Below are positions 23,078-32,242 of a stretch of 64,000 bases of DNA, piece after piece. Position numbers and translations under genes: made by a program. The notes below the pieces were generated by a model. That model was not told where the DNA came from. It ran no database searches and saw only the letters and a program-made list of their open reading frames with translations. This stretch comes from a candidate division FCPU426 bacterium (GTDB lineage Bacteria; Oederibacteriota; Muellerivitia; Muellerivitales; Muellerivitaceae), in contig CAWKAR010000027.1 in NCBI GenBank assembly GCA_963847625.1, forward strand, positions 96,001-160,000, read 5' to 3'. Positions within the stretch are counted from its first letter, which is position 1. Every line of letters begins with the position of its first letter.

Positions 23078-25105
23078 ATGTCCTTTCTAGCTTCCGCCGT
23101 TCTTTTGGGGCAAACGATCGGGTTCACGGTTGATCCCACGCAAAACAACAGCCCCATTTCCCCCTATAGTTACGGTTCCAACAGCCCCGTCCCCCTGGTG
23201 AATAATATTCCCCTCTACCGCCAGGGCGGCAACCGGCTAACGGCCTATAACTGGGAAAACAACGCCTCCAACGCGGGCATGGATTACGGCCCCAACCACG
23301 AGGACTGGTACCTGCTCGCCGTCATGGGGCTCCCGCAAAACGGCGGCCAAATGCCCGCCACGGTCTTAACCGATTTTATCCTGGGCAATAACGCCGTCAC
23401 GGCCGCTTCCCTGGTCACCCTGCAAATGGCGGGTTACGTCTCGGCCGACGGCGACTGCAACTGCGACGTGACCGTCACCGGGGCGGCGGACGCCAGCGGA
23501 ACCTATTGGAAGGCGGTGAGTTTTTCCGGAGGCCCCACATCGGGGGCCCCGGTCACCACCGACCACGTTGTCTACATGGACGAGGAAATGTATTACCTTT
23601 TGGGCGCCGTGGGGGGGGCCTCCTCGGGCGGGGCCAAGCTTTACGACCTGGATAATGAGCCGGGCCTTTGGAAAAGCACCCATCCCCTGGTGCATCCGGC
23701 CCAGGCCGCCTGCACCGAAGTGGCCGGGAAAGGGGCCAGCCTGGCCGCGGTGATCACTTCCATCGATCCCAACGCCCAAGTCATGGGGCCTGTTTGTTAT
23801 GGCTGGCAGGAATACGTGAACAACCAAAGCGCGCCGGACGTTAATCCCACCTTGAATAGCTACGCTAGCAACGCCAATAAAGTCGCCTACCTGGATTACT
23901 ACCTGGCCGCGATGAGCTCCGCGTCGAGCGCCGCGGGCCGGAGGCTTTTGCATTACCTGGACCTGCACTGGTACCCGGAAGCCACGGGTTTGGATGGAAC
24001 CAACGCCGTGCGCATCACCAATGACGACGTCAGCCAGGGGGTGGCCATCGCCCGCATGCAGGCGCCCCGGTCCCTTTGGGACCCCAGTTACGTTGAATCC
24101 AGCTGGATTACCGCCAATTCCCTCGGCGGCAAGCCGATCACCCTCATCCCCCGGCTCCAGGCGGCGGTGGCCCAATACTATCCAGGCACCCAGCTTTCCA
24201 TATCGGAGTACCAGTACGGGTCCGGCGAGGATATTTCGGGCGGGATCGCCCAGGCGGACGCGCTGGGTATCTTCGGTAAATACGGCGTGGCGGGCTGCCG
24301 GTGGGACGACGGCACGAGCGACCTTTATGTGGCGGCCGCCTACAACCTGTACTTGAATTACGATGGGAAGGGTTCCCGGTTCGGGGATACGTCCATCCTG
24401 GCCGGCTCCTCCGGCGCCAACGCGGTATCCTTGACTTCCGTTTATGCCGCCAAGGACAGCGCCCATCCCAACCGGATCAACGTCATTCTTTTGAACAAGG
24501 ACTACGGCGCCAATCACGCGGCGGCGGTGACCCTGAATAACCTCGGCATGACCCAAATTTCATCCATCACGTCCTACCGTTTCGACTCAACCGCCTCGAC
24601 CGCCTACAACCCGGCCGCGCCCGCCTTTACCGCCGGCACTTTTTCGGACACCCTCCCGTTCCGCTCGGCCACCCTTTACGAGATTATCCTGGCCCAGGCC
24701 CCCACCGCCACGCCAACCAACAGCCCCACGCCTTGCACGGACGGTTCGGGGAACACCTGCACTTTTACCCCCACCCCCACGGCCACGGACACCCCCACCC
24801 CCACCGCCACTCCCAACCCCAATAACGACATCGCCTGGCCAAACCCCTGGAACGGGAGCGCCCCCCTGGCCTTTTACCACACGCTGAACCAGGCGGCGGA
24901 TTCGGTGCGCCTAAAACTTTACACCGTGGCGTTCCGAAAAGTTTACGAGAACGACCATTTGGCGGCTACGGCGGGCCAGCACCTTTACACCCTGGGATGG
25001 AACCAACTCGGCAACATCGCCAACGGGCTTTACTACCTGGTGGTGGAGGAAGTCAGGGGCGGGCGGGAAACCCACAAGGTCATGAAGCTTTTGATCCTCC
25101 GTTGA
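23078..25105 (+). CDS. Secreted GH44 endoglucanase/xyloglucanase with T/P linker and C-terminal sorting-like domain
   Basis: RQGGNRLTAYNWENNASNAG, LDNEPGLW, LDLHWYPE, RSLWDPSY.E.SWI, ISEY, QADALGIFG. Confidence 0.92.
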   Translation: MSFLASAVLLGQTIGFTVDPTQNNSPISPYSYGSNSPVPLVNNIPLYRQGGNRLTAYNWENNASNAGMDYGPNHEDWYLLAVMGLPQNGGQMPATVLTDFILGNNAVTAASLVTLQMAGYVSADGDCNCDVTVTGAADASGTYWKAVSFSGGPTSGAPVTTDHVVYMDEEMYYLLGAVGGASSGGAKLYDLDNEPGLWKSTHPLVHPAQAACTEVAGKGASLAAVITSIDPNAQVMGPVCYGWQEYVNNQSAPDVNPTLNSYASNANKVAYLDYYLAAMSSASSAAGRRLLHYLDLHWYPEATGLDGTNAVRITNDDVSQGVAIARMQAPRSLWDPSYVESSWITANSLGGKPITLIPRLQAAVAQYYPGTQLSISEYQYGSGEDISGGIAQADALGIFGKYGVAGCRWDDGTSDLYVAAAYNLYLNYDGKGSRFGDTSILAGSSGANAVSLTSVYAAKDSAHPNRINVILLNKDYGANHAAAVTLNNLGMTQISSITSYRFDSTASTAYNPAAPAFTAGTFSDTLPFRSATLYEIILAQAPTATPTNSPTPCTDGSGNTCTFTPTPTATDTPTPTATPNPNNDIAWPNPWNGSAPLAFYHTLNQAADSVRLKLYTVAFRKVYENDHLAATAGQHLYTLGWNQLGNIANGLYYLVVEEVRGGRETHKVMKLLILR

Positions 25106-25234
25106 AGGCTCCGGTTTTAATCCCCCTGGCCTTTTTCTGTGATCCCATGCCGGTTTAATTACCGGCAGGTAAAGGGTGCCACCCATTGCGCCCAGGGGCG
25201 GAAACATAAGTGCGTCCCCAGGGCAACCGTTCCA

Positions 25235-25337
25235 ATTTCCGGGTTTTTAAATGGATTACTTTCGATTATTCCAAAGAGCTAAAATAAAGCCGTATTAATA
25301 GTTTCGATAGAGGGCGGTTCGAATCCCATTCGGCCAG
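25235..25337 (+). repeat. 103-bp direct repeat copy 1 (promoter-like stretch, tRNA-like T-arm, GGCCAG core)
   Basis: Four mismatches to 27339-27441. Confidence 0.9.
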
Positions 25338-25355
25338 GGTTCAAAGGAAAATTTT

Positions 25356-26378
25356 ATGCGAACAAAATTAATTATTTTTCTATTAATTATACTATTTAAT
25401 AATTCGGCAGAAGCATTGGCCTGGTTAGTACCCTTATTGAACAAGAATGAAAAACTGTCGGAAAAATTTTTTATTTATAAACCCTTTTTTGATATCAAAA
25501 AAATTTCTATTAATTGTATTGAAAATGACGATATTTTGGATTTATTGGAGGAAGTAAAGGGTGTGAGTACGAATAGTTACAAGTCAATAAACGATTTAGA
25601 AAAGTTAGGATTTAAACTAAATATAGTTATAAGCCACTATGACAAAGAATGGTTAAAAGAAGCTTATGGAAATGAGTTTTTACAAAATCATTATGGGAAT
25701 AATTGGTTAGAAAAAAGTGATGATGATTTACCAGTTACAGAGGTTCACTATTTAAATGAAATTGTAATGGATGATTACAAAAGATTTGTTCTAGTTTGTT
25801 CGGGCGAAACATATTTATATTTAATAGATACTCAATCAAAACCGATTAAGACTTGGCTTCTTGATGAAAATTGCACATGTCCAAATAAAATCGATAAGGT
25901 TCTTAAACGAAATGAAGAAAGTTTTAGATTTATTTACCGAGAATTTCCTGGCAATGGCCGTTTGGCAGGCGCTCCAAGGGTAGAGGTGAAAGACATAGAT
26001 TTTAATAAAAAAATACTGGCTCAAATAAAAGGCAATTATTTAGAGGATATTAATAAGGACGGAAATCCAGAAGTCATAATTTCCAATGAACTTGATTTCA
26101 ATATTAATTGGTATTGGATATTTAGATATGAAAACGGGGAATGGGTTGAGAGTAGTAATAGATATCCAGAATATTACAAAAGCGCCGTTAAAAATATTTT
26201 GGAAGAACAATATGAAAGTACAAAAAAAACATATATTGAATTGAAAAATAACTCTCATTCAAAATCAGTTTCTAGTCTTGAATACCGGATGAAAGAATTA
26301 TTCGCTTTAATTGAAATTGCCAAATTTGGCGGAATTTCTGAGTATTTAAAGAAATTTCATGCAGGGGAGACGTTTTAA
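25356..26378 (+). CDS. AT-rich secreted hypothetical protein (cassette 1)
   Basis: Signal peptide; DINKDGNPE motif; base composition differs from flanks. Confidence 0.7.
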   Translation: MRTKLIIFLLIILFNNSAEALAWLVPLLNKNEKLSEKFFIYKPFFDIKKISINCIENDDILDLLEEVKGVSTNSYKSINDLEKLGFKLNIVISHYDKEWLKEAYGNEFLQNHYGNNWLEKSDDDLPVTEVHYLNEIVMDDYKRFVLVCSGETYLYLIDTQSKPIKTWLLDENCTCPNKIDKVLKRNEESFRFIYREFPGNGRLAGAPRVEVKDIDFNKKILAQIKGNYLEDINKDGNPEVIISNELDFNINWYWIFRYENGEWVESSNRYPEYYKSAVKNILEEQYESTKKTYIELKNNSHSKSVSSLEYRMKELFALIEIAKFGGISEYLKKFHAGETF

Positions 26379-26463
26379 TAGTTGGAAAAAGGGAATTCAG
26401 GGGGAACTTTAGGGGAACCCTTCGAGGGCCTCAGGGCAAGCTTTTCGGGAGTAAACGGGGAAA

Positions 26464-26601
26464 GTAGAGCCCCTCACACCGCAGCGAGTGGCAGGGCTTC
26501 GAGAGCCTCAGGGCAGGCTATTAAAGAGTGGGAAAGCCCTGTATTAGTTGAGTTCTAAATGCATCCATGAAGGGCAGCCAATAAAACCTAGTCTCCCTTT
26601 C
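26464..26601 (+). repeat. Cassette right-end repeat copy 1, core GGGCAG, CCA and partial terminator
   Basis: Matches 28249-28362 and 31670-31741. Confidence 0.85.
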
Positions 26602-26706
26602 GCTCACGGGAAATGTGATCTATCGGGCCATGTGGTTGATGCTCTCATGATGGCACTGCCACACGCTGCGGTGCGTGGGGCCGTGGGGTTATAAAAAACG
26701 GAGCAA

Positions 26707-26991
26707 TCAAGAATGGTGGGGGATCCGGCCGTCGGCGACCTTGTGAAGCACGCTGGCGATGAAGGTTTGGTAGGGCATGCCCTCCTCCATGGCCTTGAGT
26801 TGAATGGCCTTCAGGTCGTATTCGGACAGGCGAATGTTGATGCGGCGGTTTTTCTTGAGGGTTTCCCGCGCGTAAGCCTCGTATTTTTTCCTCTCGCCCG
26901 GCAGGTTTTTAACGCTTTTGAACTTGCCCGCCTCATAGGAGCCCAGAAGGTCCTGTTCTTCCCAGGTTAACTTATCTTTCACGGGTTTCAC
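26707..26991 (-). CDS. CopG/BrnA-like antitoxin
   Basis: RRINIRLSEYDLKAIQLKAMEEGMPYQTFIASVLH RHH motif; overlaps the toxin gene. Confidence 0.85.
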   Translation of the reverse strand: MKPVKDKLTWEEQDLLGSYEAGKFKSVKNLPGERKKYEAYARETLKKNRRINIRLSEYDLKAIQLKAMEEGMPYQTFIASVLHKVADGRIPHHS

Positions 26992-27262
26992 CTCTTTTCA
27001 AGTATTTCTGCGCTGCTTTCCGGCTCGGGATGACCGTGATCAACCTGATGCCGTCCCCTTTTTCCTCGAAGGGAACCAAAAAGACATACTCAAAAGCTTT
27101 TACCACCATGACTTTTTGCCCTGGATATTTGCTTGGATTGGGATGGACGAGGACGTCCAACAAACCCCCGGATTGAACGCTCCAAAGAATGGCTTCGAAA
27201 GAGATGTTCCTTTCCCGGATGAGCTTTTCGTTTTTCAGGGGATCCCAGCTGAAAAAGGGCAT
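26972..27262 (-). CDS. BrnT-like toxin
   Basis: FSWDPLKNEKLIRERNISFE, HPNPSKYPGQ, LITVIPSRKA. Confidence 0.8.
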   Translation of the reverse strand: MPFFSWDPLKNEKLIRERNISFEAILWSVQSGGLLDVLVHPNPSKYPGQKVMVVKAFEYVFLVPFEEKGDGIRLITVIPSRKAAQKYLKRGETRER

Positions 27263-27338
27263 GAACCAATAATAGCCTAATGTGTGCCTTTTGGCAACAG
27301 GGCCTAAGCTTGAATGGCCCGTGCAAAAAAGGGGTCGG

Positions 27339-27441
27339 ATTTCCGGGTTTTTAAATGGAATACTTTCGATTATTCCAAAGAGCTAAAATAAAGCCATATT
27401 AATAGTTTCGATAGAGGGTGGTTCGAATCCCATCCGGCCAG
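27339..27441 (+). repeat. 103-bp direct repeat copy 2
   Basis: Offset of 2104 nt from copy 1; ends GGTTCGAATCCCATCCGGCCAG. Confidence 0.9.
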
Positions 27442-27515
27442 AGTTCTAGCTGTCCGCCAAGGGGAGGGAAAGAAAGAAAATTCTGATTTTTTTGGATGAT
27501 TTTGGAGAATCAAAT

Positions 27516-28163
27516 ATGCAAAAAAACCACCTGAATATTATTTATATGATTGTAGGATTCTTTTTGGTTCTGGCCGTTGCTTCTTTTATTTCGCGCGACA
27601 ATAAAAATAGGTTTTCCCCCCAAATTGATAATATGCCTGAAAGCACCCCAGATATTTTCGGGGTCAATTTTGATAAACGCTACGGTTTACCGGATGGTGT
27701 TGGCCTTAGTGCGCTTTCACCTGAATTAGCAGATGATGTACCTTCCTCTGAACCATTAACAATGGTGACCCTAAAAAACGGGAAGGCTGCTTTAGCAGAC
27801 AAAGAGGGGAAAATCGTCTTAAAAACCAATTACGATTGGATTGGAAAATTCCATGACGGCTTGGCATTGGTGAAGATAGAAGGTGATGAGGATTATGGTG
27901 GCCCCCATCCAAATTCTTGGGGATATATCAACGTGAAAGGTAAAGTCGTTATCCCTTTTCAATTTAATCAAGCATATCCTTTTTCAGAAGGCTTGGCGCC
28001 AATTCAGGATAAACATGGTAGGTATGGTTTTACTGATATACACGGAAAAATGGTTATTCAACCACAATATGACGATTTCATGGAATTCTCAGATGGTCAG
28101 AACCAGGTTAAGCTAAATAAAGTTTGGATATGGATAAACAAAAAAGGTGAAAGAATCCAATAA
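27516..28163 (+). CDS. WG (KWG)-repeat membrane-anchored protein (cassette 2)
   Basis: FHDGLALV, WGYINVKGKVVIP, FSEGLAP, YGFTDIHGKMVI repeats. Confidence 0.85.
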   Translation: MQKNHLNIIYMIVGFFLVLAVASFISRDNKNRFSPQIDNMPESTPDIFGVNFDKRYGLPDGVGLSALSPELADDVPSSEPLTMVTLKNGKAALADKEGKIVLKTNYDWIGKFHDGLALVKIEGDEDYGGPHPNSWGYINVKGKVVIPFQFNQAYPFSEGLAPIQDKHGRYGFTDIHGKMVIQPQYDDFMEFSDGQNQVKLNKVWIWINKKGERIQ

Positions 28164-28248
28164 TAATTAAATCAATGATTGATTTTTGATTTGGCCATGA
28201 TGTGGAGCCATTTCAAAAGTGGGAAAAGGGGAATTTGGGGGAACTTTC

Positions 28249-28377
28249 GTGGAGCCCCTCGCACCGCAGCGAGTGGCAGGGCTTCGAGAGCCTCAGGGCA
28301 GGCTATTAAAGAATGGGAAACCTCTATATTAGTTGAGTTCTAAATGTGTCCATGAAGGCCAGGGCTCTAGCTGTCCA
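28249..28377 (+). repeat. Cassette right-end, GGCCAG core and cassette left-end (tandem junction)
   Basis: AGTTCTAAATGTGTCCATGAA-GGCCAG-GGCTCTAGCTGTCC. Confidence 0.85.
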
Positions 28378-28446
28378 CTATGGGGACCCGGAGTGGACAA
28401 GGTGGAAGAAATGCAAAAAGCAATGGCCAAAAGGGAGTGACAATAA

Positions 28447-28701
28447 ATGAGTGTTCAACTCCGAATAAAAAATAAAAAAAAATCCTTTCATCAATGGTTT
28501 TTAGCCGGCTTTATAATTACCCCGGCATGGGGATTTTTTGTTCATAAAATAGCCAATTTTTATTTAGATGATCTCCCAAAAGGTGGTTTCCAGAGGGCTA
28601 AAGAACTCGGAATAGAAATCGCAATCTGGGGTCCATTTGCAGTTTGGTTAGTCCTCTTCTTCATACATCGTAAAAATAAACTACCTAAAAATGGTGGTTA
28701 A
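28447..28701 (+). CDS. Small two-TM hypothetical protein (cassette 3)
   Basis: GGGAG RBS; two hydrophobic segments. Confidence 0.55.
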   Translation: MSVQLRIKNKKKSFHQWFLAGFIITPAWGFFVHKIANFYLDDLPKGGFQRAKELGIEIAIWGPFAVWLVLFFIHRKNKLPKNGG

Positions 28702-29769
28702 TTAGTTTGTTGGTTATTGGTTGTCCATTCCGGGGAGGCATTTCATAACAGAAGAAATTTGAAAAAAAGATAAGAGATTTTGACTTCTCCTTAAGTTTAT
28801 AAATGCTTTTAAGTAATTACGCAAATAAAGGCCGGAAATGGGAATTTTCTTTTTATTTCTTTTCGTATTAATGATTACCCTTTTACCTGTTGTCGGCGCT
28901 TTTTTGTCTATTTCTTGCAAGAAAAAATTATTTATCATTTTGGGTTATGTATTAACCGCGATTATTTTTGGTGGTCTTATTAAGTTGTTAGGGGGTATTT
29001 CAGACAAGGCCGGAATAGTTCTTTCGTTTGGTTTCATCTTATTAATTTTTTACGGGTTTTATTTAAAAGAGAAATATAAAAAATTTAAGTATTTAGGCAT
29101 TTTATTGATTGTCTTGAGTTGGATCATTGGGTCTTTCAATATCATTGGCATTGTTATATTTACTCCCGAAAATCCAAATATATTAAATTTGGCCAATAAA
29201 CCCACGGTCGGAACAATTAAAGTAAAAAACATTAACCCATTTTTTAAATCATATCCCCCCGAAAAAAGAGAATTATTAGAAAAATATTTATCCCGAAGTA
29301 AAGATTGGCAATTAACCCGGTTGGGATCAATGAACCCACTTGGCGGGGCTTTGGTTGCTTTAAAACGTGTTTCTGGAAACCCGATGAATTTAGATGTTCT
29401 GGATAATTTTGGATATACGTTTAGAACAGGCTTGAGAGATGGTGAACCTTTCGAAGAAAAAACAATGGTTTGCTTTGAGCCGATAAATTTTAACGATTCA
29501 TGGCGAAAGGATGGATTTGTAAATAATTGTTATGATTCGATTTTTAAAATTAACCAATACACTGGATTCAAGGGGGAAGAGTACGAATATTTCATTTTAA
29601 AGTTTAATAATTTTTCCTTTGAGGCTTTTGAGCGGGGAAGTGGTATAGGATATATTCAATCCGCATTGGATAATTTTAAAGAAATCTTAGAAAAAGTATC
29701 AAAAGTTTCTAATATAAACGATAAAGAAATAGAAAATTCTTTAATATCTGATGAATCAATAAAAATTTT

Positions 29770-31091
29770 CACTAGTGTCCGGTTAACGATCTTCCAAAAA
29801 CTCTAAAAGCCTTTGCCTGTAATCTGTTCCATGCCTAAACGACCTTTTTCGATTTGAACTGAATCGTCCTGCCTCACCATCCTTTCATCCAAGAAAGGGT
29901 GGTTCCTTATGAATGCCGGACGTACTGTTTTTGCTCAGTTGATGGACTTCTTTCCCCGCCATGAGTTTCAGAAATGCGTTGATCGCTACCACGGCAACCG
30001 TAGGATCCGCAGCTTCTCCTGTCTCGATCAATTCCTCTGCATGGTTTTCGCCCAGCTTACCTACCGGGAAGGTCTCCGCGACATTGAAGCCTGTCTGGGT
30101 TCCTTCAAAAACAAACTTTACCACGTAGGTATCCGTGGACGGGTCGCCAGGGCTACACTGGCTGACGCCAACCAAAAGCGAGATTGGCGTATCTACGCCG
30201 ACTTCGCCCAAGTCCTGATCAAAACCGCCCAATCCCTTTACACCAATGACGATTTTAGCGTGGACTTGAACCAAGCCGCCTATGCCTTGGACTCCACCAT
30301 CATCGACCTATGCCTATCGCTCTTTCCTTGGGCGCGCTTTCGGTCCACGAAATCAGGCGTCAAACTACACACCCTTCTCAACCTCAGAAGCAACATTCCC
30401 GCTTTTGCCTGTGTTTCCAACGCTTCCGTGCATGACGTACATTTGCTGGACATCCTACCCTTGGAACCAGGCTCCTTCTACATGCTCGACCGTGGCTACA
30501 CGGATTTCAGCAGATTGAACCGCCTCATCGAAAACCTTTCCTTCTTTGTCATACGTGCCAAGTCCAATTTTAACTTCTATCGGCGATATTCCGCCCCTGT
30601 GAATTTATCTCTGGGCCTTCGGTTCGACCAGACTGTCGTCTTGGCCGATCCGAATAAGTTCAAGGAATATCCTCATCCCCTACGCCGCATCGGCTTCGTT
30701 GACCCCATCACCCGTAAGCGCTTGGTTTTTCTTACCAATAACTTCGTCTTACCAGCTTTGACCATCTGTCAACTCTACAAATCTAGATGGCAAGTCGAAC
30801 TCTTCTTCAAGTGGATCAAACAGCATCTTCGCATCAAAGCTTTCTTTGGCACATCATCCAATGCCGTCAAAACCCAAATTTGGATCGCTATTTGCGTGTA
30901 TGTCTTAGTCGCCATCGTCAAGAAAAAACTCGGCCTTCAATTAAGCCTTTACACAATCCTACAGATTTTGAGCGTCACCCTTTTTGAGAAAACCCCTATA
31001 CTACAAGCGTTTTCAGACGACGCCTGCATTTCAGAAAACACCAACACTGAAAACCAATTGTCTTTACTGCGTTTTTAACCGGACACTTGTG
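29770..31091 (+). mobile_element. IS4-family insertion sequence
   Basis: TIRs CACTAGTGTCCGGTTAA / CACAAGTGTCCGGTTAA; 9-bp TSD AAAAATTTT. Confidence 0.95.
29909..31078 (+). CDS. IS4-family transposase (DUF4372 N-terminus)
   Basis: FAQLTYREGLRDIE, LDSTII, DRGY, YKSRWQVELFFKWIKQHL. Confidence 0.95.
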   Translation: MNAGRTVFAQLMDFFPRHEFQKCVDRYHGNRRIRSFSCLDQFLCMVFAQLTYREGLRDIEACLGSFKNKLYHVGIRGRVARATLADANQKRDWRIYADFAQVLIKTAQSLYTNDDFSVDLNQAAYALDSTIIDLCLSLFPWARFRSTKSGVKLHTLLNLRSNIPAFACVSNASVHDVHLLDILPLEPGSFYMLDRGYTDFSRLNRLIENLSFFVIRAKSNFNFYRRYSAPVNLSLGLRFDQTVVLADPNKFKEYPHPLRRIGFVDPITRKRLVFLTNNFVLPALTICQLYKSRWQVELFFKWIKQHLRIKAFFGTSSNAVKTQIWIAICVYVLVAIVKKKLGLQLSLYTILQILSVTLFEKTPILQAFSDDACISENTNTENQLSLLRF

Positions 31092-31669
31092 AAAAATTTT
31101 AAATAAACCTACCATCAAAATAATTCAGGCATTCCCTCCGGGAAGATTTATTGTTTCAGGTTATATAAATCCTGGGAAAGAAGGCTACATAAAATTACGA
31201 GTTACTAATTCTACCGACGGAAAACCCGCTGAAATTTCTAGTCGTAGCGACTTTGGAATTAGGATCGAATATGTCGGATGGTCAAAGAATATAAATGAAA
31301 AATATTATTATGAAACCGGCATCGAAATAAAAAACTATAAACAACCTTTAATGTTTAACGTAATGTTTTTTCCAACAGATGGAACGGCTGAAACGTCACT
31401 TGTTCAGATGAAATATACATTTGACCAAAAAAATATGACTTGGACCAAGAAAAAAATAATGCAGAAATATTAAAAAAATAAGGCGACATATCAATGGTTA
31501 ATTCAAAGCAAGTTTGTATAGAGTTGGGAAAATTTCCTTGATATATAACCTTCTTATTTGCCACTAATGGTGGGTTGCTCTTAATTTTATTTAGCAAATT
31601 CTAGGTGAAATGTTCGCAAACCCTTGAATCCGGAGAGCCGCCTTTAAAAGTGGAATGGGGAAACTATGC

Positions 31670-31720
31670 GGGAAACCCCTGTATTAGAAAAGTTCTAAAT
31701 GTGTCCATGAAGGCCAGCCA
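31670..31720 (+). repeat. Cassette right-end repeat copy 3 with GGCCAG-CCA
   Basis: GGGAAACCCCTGTATTAGAAAAGTTCTAAATGTGTCCATGAAGGCCAGCCA. Confidence 0.85.
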
Positions 31721-31722
31721 CT

Positions 31723-31759
31723 AAAACCTAGTCTCCCTTTCAGGGAGCTGGTTTTTTTT
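31723..31759 (+). terminator. Intrinsic terminator closing the + strand cassette array
   Basis: AAAACCTAGTCTCCCTTTCAGGGAGCTGGTTTTTTTT. Confidence 0.7.
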
Positions 31760-31768
31760 ATTTGAAGT

Positions 31769-31979
31769 CACACCTGTCCAAAATAGGCTTTTGCCACGGA
31801 TGCATGGGATACATGGGATTTAAAAAACATAAGTTTAAAGCCTTTTTTTATGTTCTATCCGAGTGCATCCCCTGAATCCGTGGCAAAGGACTTGGTTTTG
31901 CTTAACGCCTTTTAGAATTAAAAACTTCTGATTTAATTTATCTTTGTTCCCTGGTTTTTGTTTAATTTGGACGGCAATG
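31769..31979. mobile_element. Non-autonomous MITE-like element
   Basis: Flanking ATTTGAAGT direct repeat; imperfect TIRs ending GTCCAAA; internal TTTGCCACGGAT/ATCCGTGGCAAA inverted repeat. Confidence 0.65.
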
Positions 31980-32118
31980 ATTTGAAGTCAAGGATTTGAA
32001 CCTGGGGTACACAATTTGACCTGGTCGCCTACTGGCAGGTACCGGGTCTGGCATATGCGATGCCGCCTACTGGCAGGTTTCGGAACCCTCCCGCGATTGC
32101 GGTTTAGCGGGAGTGCTT

Positions 32119-32173
32119 TTTGGGGAGAGAAGCGTTTCTTGAACAAGGAACAGTGAAAGGAAACCCGGTCTTC
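32119..32173 (-). repeat. Second repeat family, copy A (right arm only)
   Basis: TTGGGGAGAGAAGCGTT....GAACA...CCGGTCTTC aligns without gaps to 34899-34952. Confidence 0.75.
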
Positions 32174-32242
32174 GCTTGATTAATCTTAAAAAGGAATGGG
32201 AATCCTAACCCGAATAACCACCAGGCTTACTTTAGGCGCCGG

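Larger units (their letters stand above)
28838..31473 (+). pseudogene. AT-rich membrane protein interrupted by IS4 (cassette 3)
   Basis: After IS removal, ...ESIKI-LNKPTIKII...KIMQKY* reads in frame to 31473. Confidence 0.8.

Noticed and set aside
25311..25337. Functional tRNA gene (also 27415-27441)
   Set aside because: Only a T-loop and a 3' acceptor-like strand are present; there is no D arm, anticodon arm or 5' acceptor strand
25235..31759. Classical integron with attC sites
   Set aside because: No intI gene and no RYYYAAC...GTTRRRY palindromic attC structure could be seen
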